From: the human T2T-CHM13v2.0 reference genome, Homo sapiens
Strand: one strand, 5' to 3'
DNA length: 64,000 nucleotides
NCBI RefSeq assembly: GCF_009914755.1
Contig: NC_060937.1
The position numbers and the translations under genes were made by a program. Below are positions 54,935-64,000 of the stretch, one piece after another; position 1 is the first letter of the stretch, and every line of letters begins with the position of its first letter. A model generated the notes under the pieces. It made no database searches. It was given only the letters and a program-made list of their open reading frames with translations, and had not been told where the DNA came from.

Positions 54935-55287
54935 TGCTATAATCTAAATGTTTGTGTCCTTCCCAAAATTCATACGTTGAAATCCTCAACTCCCAAGCGA
55001 TGGTATTAGGAGGTGGGGCTTTGGGGGAGGTGATAAGATCATGAACCTTCATGAGTGGGATTATTGTCCTAATAAAAGAGGCCCAATGGAGCTCATTCAC
55101 CCCCTTTCACTATGTGAGGACACAGCTAGAAGGCGCCATCAGTGAACCAGGTCTTCAACAGATGCTGAATGTGCTAGCAGCTTCATCTTAACCTTCCCAG
55201 CCCCCAGAACTGTGAGCAATACATTTCTGTTTTAAAAGCTACCCAGTTTTTGGTGTTTTGTTACAGCAGCCTGAACTGGCTAAGACA
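54935..55287 (+). mobile_element. MaLR solo LTR (MLT1A0-like)
   Basis: tgctataatctaaatgtttgtgtcc...aaattcatacgttgaaatcc...ctaagaca. Confidence 0.88.
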
Positions 55288-55560
55288 GTCAGCTTGCCCC
55301 TAAACTCAATGTTCACATACAATTCATTCTTTTTCTTGTTTGGTTGCATTCTTCCAGAGTATCTTCTTGTTCCTTCTGATCTCTGCTCCCTGCTGTCACT
55401 GGTTCTGCTTTTTATTCTTCATCCCCAATTGCTTGGTCTCATTCCATTTTCTTTTTCCACATAACTCCAGCCTTAACCTTGGTCTTTGTCACTGTCTCCG
55501 CTGTCTGTGCCATCCCAGTACTTCTCTTTGTGGGTGCTGACAGGGCTTAATAATAAAGCT

Positions 55561-55872
55561 AGCCAGGTGCGGTGGCTCATGCCTGTAATCCCAGCACTTT
55601 CAGAAGCTGACGCGGGTGGATCACTTGAGGTCAGGAGTTCGAGACCAGCCTGGTCAACATGGTGAAACCCCGTCTCTACTAAAAATTCAAAAATTAGCCA
55701 GGCGTGGTTACGCACACCTGTAATCCCAGCTACTCAGGAGGTTGAAACATGAGAATCACTTGAACTCGGGAGGCAGAGGTTGCAGTGAGCAGAGATCATG
55801 CCACTGCACTTATGCCTGGGTGACAGAGCAAGACTGTCTTGCTCTGCCTAAAAAATAAAATAAAAAACAAAA
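55561..55872 (+). mobile_element. AluSz/Sx-type SINE
   Basis: Full dimer with an altered 3' end. Confidence 0.95.
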
Positions 55873-57987
55873 AGTATAACCTTAGCCAGCCTATGACTGT
55901 GCTGTCTTTTGCTCTGCTAACTGATTCACCCATTTTATTATTCAGTCACTGTATTCTTGTCTCCTTTCTTCTCCTTTTACTTTTGGATGTGCCATTGTTC
56001 TGATTAGTTGAGAGGTGCCGAACAGATAACTAATTATGGCAGTGTGAGCCACAGGATAATTCTCAAGTGATCTCTGCTGTAGCATGTCCCCACATAGGGC
56101 ATAGTGGGCAAGGTTAAGAAGGAATTCTAACCTTGAATACCTGAGGACCTGACTCCGTTCTCATTCTCTATCCCTGTGCTCATCAGAAAATGCCAATCCT
56201 AAGCTATTTGGGTGGGGTTGGTTGGAGAGACATGGAAAAGTACCCTGGGCAGCTGAAGTGCCTGTTAAATCTTACCCACATTTGAACAAATTCACTCTAA
56301 GTTGATTTGGTTCTCCTTTAAAATGAGAGAAAGCAAGGACTTAGACTGCCAATTGCCCCCTGAAATTATCTTTGGGTGCATTAAAGAGCTTCACAGAATG
56401 ACAGTTACTTTTTATTATCAAGAGCTTACTTGTAATTATAAAGTATAGAGAATATACATATATGCCAATGAATGAAGCATGGGAACACTAATAAATTTAA
56501 AAATTCAACAGGCTCCTCAAACAACTGGGCCCAAGACAGAAACTGCTCAGAGCAAGATTTTCAAATAGATCTTTTTCTAGTGACTGAGATATTTAAGAAA
56601 AATTGGCATAAAGTAGAACCCAGAATCTTCTGTTCACTTATTTTTCTGGCTATTACATCATCCCTGAAAATAAACAAATAAATAAAGCAGCGGTCAGAGA
56701 AGGTATAGTACTTTTTGGATGCTGACTATGGATAAGGCTTTTTGCTTGTTTCCACAGCACTTCCTATCCCTGCTTTCTGTATCCTTGGAAAGAAATGTGG
56801 AATAATGAAAATAGCAAAAGGCTTGGCAGCCAGGCAGGCCCAGGTGTGATCTCAGTCCCACCATTCATTCTCTGGGTGGCCTTGGGCAGGTCACTCTAAC
56901 TCTGTGAGCCAAAGGGTCACTAAAGCACCCTTCCTGGAATTCCTTTGAGGAGTCAGTGAGGGAGCACACAGTGAGTGGGGCTTCCCTTCATATCCCCTGC
57001 TCTGGGCCAGGGACCAGGACCTGGTGTCAGGGTCTTTACCCAGCACTGTACCAACACTTGCTCTCCAAAATGGGACTAGGGTGAAATTTCTTCACAGTAT
57101 GAAAATAATGGCCCAGGGAACGAAGCAAATGCCAAGAGCTGAGCCTTAGGGAATGACTAGTAGGCCCAGATTCTTGGGGTGACTTCCTTCGAAGACTTCA
57201 TTTGTTAACACCTTCCTTCCCTTCTTGTTAGTTTCAGTGGGAAGTAGGATTGGGGTGATTTGGAGAAGCAGTGGGGAATTTAGTTAGGGGAGACTCCTGG
57301 GTACCTGTGGGGACATAAAAAGGGATTGGTGTGGGATGGCAGGTAGAGGCCACAAGAGGAGGGCGTGAATGCTACATGAAGGAGTTTGTTGTTGTTTGGT
57401 GGAAGAGGAGGAGGTATGCATGTGAGGAGGGGTGGCCATGAGCCTGGAGCTGTCCTGCAGGGCAGCTTCTTTCACTCTGCTGTGTATGTGGTGGAGAGCT
57501 CTGACCCACCCTGCTCTTGAGTGTTTCTGAATGCTAGGAGCGGGGACAAACCTGCAAGGCTGATTGGATGTTGAGGAACAAGTATGTAAAGAGAAGTGTA
57601 TACATAAAAACCAAAAATCCCTGGGGCTTTGAATCCTTCTAGAGCTCCTGGCCACCTTCCTCAGGACAGCAACTGACAGTGTTGTGAAGTGCTTGGCTTT
57701 GTCCTTCTCGCAGGCCATCTGGGCTAAGTAGTGAGATCCACGTGGCCAGGAAGGAAGGCATGCATCTCCCCAGGCCTGTGGCTCTCCTTGTATTGACCTT
57801 GCTGCTTCCTGGGCTAAGCAGCTGCAGTGAGGGTGTGTTGCCCTGAAGCAGTTACGTCATTCATTAATCCAAATTCTGAAAGACAAATGAGCATATGGTG
57901 CTAAAATACTTTTTTTTTTAAAAGCCACAGTTTCATTGTCTTAGTCAAAGCAAGATTATTACGTGATTATTTTCAATTCAATATATT

Positions 57988-58238
57988 TGTTTTGGAGACA
58001 GTTTCTTGCTCTGTCACCCAGGCTGGAGTGCAGAGGCACTATCATAGCTCACTGCAGCCTTCAACTCCTAGGCTCAAGTGATCCTCCTGCCTCAGCCTCC
58101 TGAGTAGCTGGGACTACAGGCACCTGCCACCATACCCAGCTAACTGTTTTTCCAGTGTTTTTAGAGACAGGGTCTCACTATGTTGTCCAGACTGGTCTCG
58201 AACTCCTGGCCTCAAATGATCCTCCCACCTCAGCCCTA
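57988..58238 (-). mobile_element. AluJ SINE, lacking the start of the left arm
   Basis: catagctcactgcagcctt...gagacagggtctcactatgttg. Confidence 0.9.
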
Positions 58239-58992
58239 AATTCATTTTTTTAAATTAGCAATTTCAAGTATAACAAATTTGGAATAAAGGTTTGTTTTCT
58301 ATTAATAAAAATGAATAGTGACAAAACCCCCAATATTCTAGATTGTGAGACTTCCCTCTTGTTGTAGTTGGACCACATTTAAGGACTAAATTGGAAGGAA
58401 GGAGCAAGAGGAGTCTGTGACAAACCTGTGGTTAAGCTCTCTTTGAAGAAATCGCACAGTATGGCTCCGTGCTCTGAACATGCTCTGTGTCTGCCCTTTT
58501 TCAAAGGCGAGACAGCCACCTCGAGGCCAGTCAGACCATGAATAATGGTCTAAGCCCTTGCCACCAGGATGGAGAGGTCTGAGCAGTACAGTGAAGAGGC
58601 TTCATCAGCAAGGGCTGATTCAACGGCACCTCTCTCTGGATTCAATGGCATTCTTTCTGGAGGTTAGCCCATTTCTTTAAGTCAGCTCCATCCAAGTTTG
58701 ATTATCCTTCTTTGAATCTCTTCCAACAATTTGACATCCTTGAGGTTGAATAGCTGAAAACTGCACATAGCGCAGCACTCCACACAAAACACCTTTAGAA
58801 ATTTCTAGTTGAGAAGAACTTGGGCAAAGTCAAATCTCCCCACTTGATTTTGTTTATGTTCCTCTCTTGGGATTTGTCTTGGGCATGTTACTGTACAAAT
58901 AACTGCTATCATCATCATCATCAACACCAGTTTTAAGAATTATAATAGCAATAAAATTGACTTACCATTTTTGAGACTGGAGTTTTGTTACC

Positions 58993-59374
58993 TGATATGG
59001 TTTGACCCTGTGTCCCCACCCAAATCACATGTCAAATTGTAATCCCAGTGTTGGAGGAGGGGTCTGGTGGGAGGTGACTGGATCATGGGGGCGGACTTCC
59101 CCCTTGCTGTTCTCATGATAGTGAGTGAGTTCTCATGAGATCTGGCTTTTTGAAATGTGTAGCACCTCCTCCTGCTCTCTATTCCTCCTGCTCCTGCCAT
59201 GTGAGACATGCTGGCTTCCCCTTTGCCTTCCGCCATGATTGTAAATTTCTCGAGGCTTCCCAAGCCATGCCTCCTGTACAGCCTGTGGAACTGTGAGTCA
59301 ATCAAACCTCTTTTCTTTATAAATTACCCAGTCTTGGGTAGTTCTTTACAGCAGCATGAGAACAGACTAATACA
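58993..59374 (+). mobile_element. MaLR solo LTR (MSTA-like)
   Basis: tgatatggttt...gactaataca with a perfect 5-bp TSD ttacc. Confidence 0.92.
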
Positions 59375-60099
59375 TTACCTAAAACAAATTTTGGAAACAA
59401 ATCAGGTCATTAAAAAGTGCAAGCACGGCCAGCCATACTAAGCCACCTGTTCACTGTGTTGCTGGGGTTTTTTTTTTTTTTTCAATTTATTTTTTTGAGC
59501 CAGCATTCTTTTGTGAATATCAATTTCTACTGGGCAATCAGGCCATGTGGTCTCTCCTCTGGACTGGCCCCTACAGCCTTCCACACTCTGTGACACTCAG
59601 TGGCCACAGGCCCCTGGAAAATTGGATGTGTGACTGAGTCTTTAAGAGGTGGAGTGACTTACTTTAATTCAGTAAGTCAATATGTTTTAAACTCAGATTG
59701 TTTGTTCCACAATAGGAAAAAGCTGTGAAATTTCTTGTCTCAGCTCTGTCTACCACTACTTTGGAGGGGCTACAGGTATCAGTGAGATAAACCAAAGTCA
59801 GATATTCAAACTGGGGCATAAAATGTTCTGCATGAGTGTCAAGAATGGTTCTTTGGGTGTGGCGAAGGGTTCACACCTACATTTAATTTTCGAAATGTGT
59901 TTCTTAAAAATATGCCAAAAAGATACCTAGAAAAACACATATCACTGATTGAAATATGTAATGCATTTAAATATACATACATATGTATATACACACACAC
60001 ATATATGTTTTCATAATCACACTAATATCTGCCCTGCTCACACTGATGGTCAAATATTTTGGGAGAGAACATCTGGCAGCCTACCTCTAGTCATCTTTT

Positions 60100-60560
60100 C
60101 CTCTATAAAACTCTTCCAATACCCTGTTCTAGCTATGCTTAACCTTCCAAGCTTATCAAACAAGTCAGGTTCTCTCTCCACTCCACACATTGCTCAAATT
60201 GCTTCCACTGCCTCAGATATCCTGCTCTGCCCCCATTCTTAACCTGGCTACCTACTCTTAGAGTTTCAGTGATCTCTTCCAGGAAGCCTTCAAACATGCA
60301 CACACAAATACTTGACTAGCATCTCATGCACAGATACTTGCATACTTGACTGGTACCTCATGCTTACTTCTATCAGATGATAGCGTTGGCTACCCCATAT
60401 AGGACGATCTGTTTACTTATCTGTCCCCCGCCACACCAGACATAGGCCATCAGGTCCACCAGGACTGGTGTCTTTATTGTTGCATGTTTCCATTCTTCAC
60501 ACAGCACCTGGAAAATAGGTAAATAAATATTAAGTGAGTGAATGAATGAATGAATGAATG
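60100..60560 (+). mobile_element. L2 3' end with (TGAA)n tail
   Basis: tcttccaggaagcctt...cacagcacctgg...taaatatt...tgaatgaatgaatgaatg. Confidence 0.75.
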
Positions 60561-61939
60561 GGATGAAGGAATGAATTCTTGCTACTGACTGGTGCATAGT
60601 TGCTACGCACATCCACCTCCAATTCAGCTCCCTGCTGGAGTCTGAAATTGAAGGCTGGTGGAGAGAGGATTTGGTCTTCCTAGGCAAAATGCAGTTACCT
60701 GACTTAACCATTCACACTCCATGTGGATGGGATAAAAACACCTAAGTGAGTTTTTCTTGTCCTGGTGATTTTTGTAGCAGTTTGTGGCTCATTTTTATCA
60801 AGTCTAGATACAATTTTCTTTCATGTGCTATGAAGTCTTGGTTCCTGTAACACAAACCTCTTTAATCATTAGTCTTTCTGGTAGAATTTGATAGGGGCCA
60901 TATAAAATGCTTCTCTTCATCTGCTAAGAGCCATTTATGGACACTTACTATGAGCAATATACATTGCAAAAGACCAGAAAACTCACCCTCTGCTTATGAT
61001 TCAGCACTGTAACATGATAGCCTGGAAACTAGTCTGATAGTTTAATCAGTGCTATGTGATCCTTATTTGTGGTTGGCTGCCTCATCAATTTTCATTTGGG
61101 AATTGAAATGGACTCTGAGGCAGATATGGCATTAATTATGGGGGAAATTGGTTGCAATATGCCTTGAGGTAAAACCCTTCTGATGGGAATCTAAGATTGA
61201 AAGAAAGCCAAATTATAAAAGGATGATTTACTGAAAAAGGCAAATGTATGCATTACCATCACTGCTTAGCAGAGAAAAAGGAGCTGATAAACCAGAAAGA
61301 TTGTGGCATGACTGAAAAGTGAGGAAAATCTCTAGGTCTAGCTCTCTCAGAAAAAAGATTTATTCTTATGCTGAATGCATTATATTTCCCCAGATACATA
61401 CAACATTTTCCAAAAGTGTGCTTCAATTAATAGGCAAGCAAGCATTAATACTAGTTGGCAGGGTCCCTATTTTCTTCTAGATTGAAATATATTTACTAAG
61501 AACTGAATAGGGAGCATCTAGGGACACCAAAGTTAAAATTCATTTTACCAGTTGTAGTATCTGCTGTTGTATCAATTTTCTTGTTAAAATACCACATTTT
61601 TTTTACCTGAAGATTTCAAAAACCTTCTTAGTTAATACCCTATTTTTCCTATCACTGAATCTTGATGAGGTAAAATACAGAGGAAAAGTCATCATAGAAA
61701 TGTCTATTCCCAATTTAATATGAGAAAACTGAGACATAGGAAGCTTAAGTTAGTGCATTGTTTAAAAGCAACGTATTTTTCTTAATTGGATACAAAACAG
61801 AGTGAGTTATCAAGGAAAGTACCAACTGGGAGTTAACACCCCTTCCCACGTCTCACCCAGAAAAAGGTCAGCACTGTATTTTTATAAGTTGCGATGTGTT
61901 TACCCATACCCAAGCAGAAAGTAAGGAGCTTTTGTGTTG

Positions 61940-62110
61940 CAGGCAGAGAGTAGCACAATACAGTGGTTAGCAACTGGGTCTGGAGCCAAGACATCTGCAC
62001 CCAAATCCTGTCTCTGCTACTTACTAGCTGGGTGACTTTACCCTTGGTCTCTGTGCCTCAGTTTTCTCATCTGTATAACTGAGATAGAATAAAAGTACTG
62101 GCTGTGATCT
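61940..62110 (+). mobile_element. MIR SINE
   Basis: cagtggttag...tctggagcca...ctctgtgcctcagttttctcatctgta. Confidence 0.8.
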
Positions 62111-62749
62111 TGAAAAGTAAGACAGATCCCTTCGTAAAGGGAGGAGTTGCAGGGACTGTTCAAAGTAGATAAAGCAGGCGCTCCTGGACCCCAGGGAAAG
62201 TTAAGAGTCCTAAGACCAAGAGTAGGGATGGGATTTTGCAGGTTTCCACCAGTAGGAGAGACCAAGTGGTACCCAGATGGGAGACTACAGGGTGCCTGAA
62301 CCTGGGACTCTGGTTAGGAACCCGGGGGCCTAGAATTCCAGGGGTAGGTTTGTAGTTGATGGAGCTGATGGCCCTGGTGGGTCGTGTCTGAGTTTGTCTG
62401 CAGCCCAACCAAAGCCAGAGGAACAAGCCTTGACCACACACTTGGAGCTAAAGGTATTTTCATTGTGTATTCCCATTCTTTATACTGCCCCTGGAAAATT
62501 CATAAATAAATGTTGAGTGAGTGCAGCCACTGTGAACCAAATATCTGGCATTTTCTCCATTATTGTGTTTTTAAGCAACCTCCCCCACCCCCAAATCTAG
62601 AAATCTTGAGAAGACAGAAAAGCACAGGAATGACAGAGGATGAATGTCCCACCAACCAAATATGTGGACAGTCAGGAAGATTAAATTTGATTGAGAACAA
62701 AAAGGGAAATGTGCTTTTATCTCACTCTACTGTTGTGGACTAAAATCAA

Positions 62750-63216
62750 TACCTGCTGAATCAGTTATGAACATATTGGTAACAAAACCCCTACTGGTGA
62801 CAGAAAATATGGCAGTTTATTCAATCATGACAGAAAAATCTAGAAGTAGACTCTCCAGACTGTCAGTGATACCATCAAGGTCTTCTTTCTGCTCTGCCAT
62901 CCTTTGCGTGTAGCTTTTGTCTGCTTTGTTACAAGATGGCAGCCGGTCCCCTAAACCATTTGTCCAGGGAGGAAGAAGGAACAGTGGGCAGGGAAGAAGG
63001 GGTGGTATTTAAATCAGGAAAGCAATCACTTCCCAGAAGCTGTCACTTTATATTTCACTGGCCAGGACTGTGCCACATGCTCATCTTTCTGATGTGTGAT
63101 GATGAAGCTATAATTTTCAGCTGGGCACATGGCCATGCTGAACTAAATTAGTTTCTATTAATGAGATTGAGAGGAAATGGACAGACAGAAGGAGAGCAGC
63201 TAATAGTGTCTGCCAC
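62750..63216 (-). mobile_element. old MaLR LTR (MLT1J/K/L-like)
   Basis: tttctgctctgccatcct...caagatggc...cactggccaggactgtgccacatg...gtgtctgccaca. Confidence 0.55.
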
Positions 63217-63346
63217 ACACATTTTTCCCAACATCTGAAATCTACCTTTATCTATGTAAGAAAACGTATATCATGTTTAAAGCAAACCACATAGATTTTT
63301 TAAAAATGACAATTTGATTTAAAAATAGAGGGGGCAATTCTACTTA

Positions 63347-63511
<165 letters not shown>

Positions 63512-63767
63512 TCATTTGATTTATATAATGTTTTTAATAATGCAAAACCATCTTTAATCTCAAGGAGGCCTAGAGGTAATCTAAGCCAACTCTTTCATGG
63601 CACAGTTGAGAGACTGAGACCTATAGAAATGTCATGTAATTTTCTCAAGTTTCTACAGTTAAGTAGTGGCAGGAAAGAAATTAAAAGTCTTGCAATAATG
63701 GATGGCAAATTTTCAAGAATATCTTTACATTTTAGACTTTGAGTCTGAAAAATAGGTAAATAATAGT

Positions 63768-64000
63768 AGTTTTCATGCTGCTGATAAAGACATACCCAAG
63801 ACTGGGAAGAAAAAGAGGTTTGATGGATTCATGGATCCACATGGCTGGGCAGGACTCACAATCATGGTGGAAGGCAAGGAAGAGCAAGTCCCATCTTACA
63901 TGGATGGCAGCAGGCAAAGAGAAGAGAGAGCTTGTGCAGGGGAAACTCCCATTTTTAAAACTGTCAGATCTCATGAGACTTATTCACTATCACAAGAACA
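63768..64000 (-). mobile_element. THE1 (THE1A/B-like) LTR, running off the window
   Basis: ttttcatgctgctgataaagacatacccaagactggg...catggatggcagcaggcaaagaga...cagatctcatgagacttattcactatcac. Confidence 0.9.

Noticed and set aside
57284-57718. 144-aa minus-strand ORF
   Set aside because: No recognisable family or domain. Its length is compatible with chance in a GC-richer segment.

Overview
Primate (almost certainly human) genomic DNA, repeat-rich and mostly intergenic. It contains one spliced protein-coding gene on the + strand, FAM216B (C13orf30), which the ORF track misses. Coding exons 30099-30197, 32795-32915 and 34623-34822 join through canonical GT-AG introns into a 139-aa ORF ([10 protein letters not shown]...KRRQVLRN). 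A probable non-coding exon 1 lies near 27580-27695 and the 3' UTR probably runs to about 37580. The rest is a layered transposon record: a full-length dead L1PA7-type LINE (16943-23444, -), a young 5'-inverted L1PA2-type insertion, L1PB/L1M, L2 and CR1/L3 fossils, Alus, MIRs, MaLR/ERVL solo LTRs, and hAT/Tigger/mariner MITEs. Almost all other ORFs in the track are repeat-derived or spurious. I found no evidence of a new gene system. The best second-look items are: a near full-length CR1/L3 fossil that still shows ORF1 esterase residues; a ~400-bp micro-inversion inside another CR1 with a perfect 10-bp inverted repeat at its ends; an L1 antisense promoter aimed at FAM216B; an isoform-dependent uORF; transposon-donated polyA signals; a candidate L1 3' transduction; an expanded MADE1 hairpin; and an octamer cluster. 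Repeat subfamily names and the gene name come from recall of consensus/protein sequences, not from a database search. Old-repeat boundaries are approximate.
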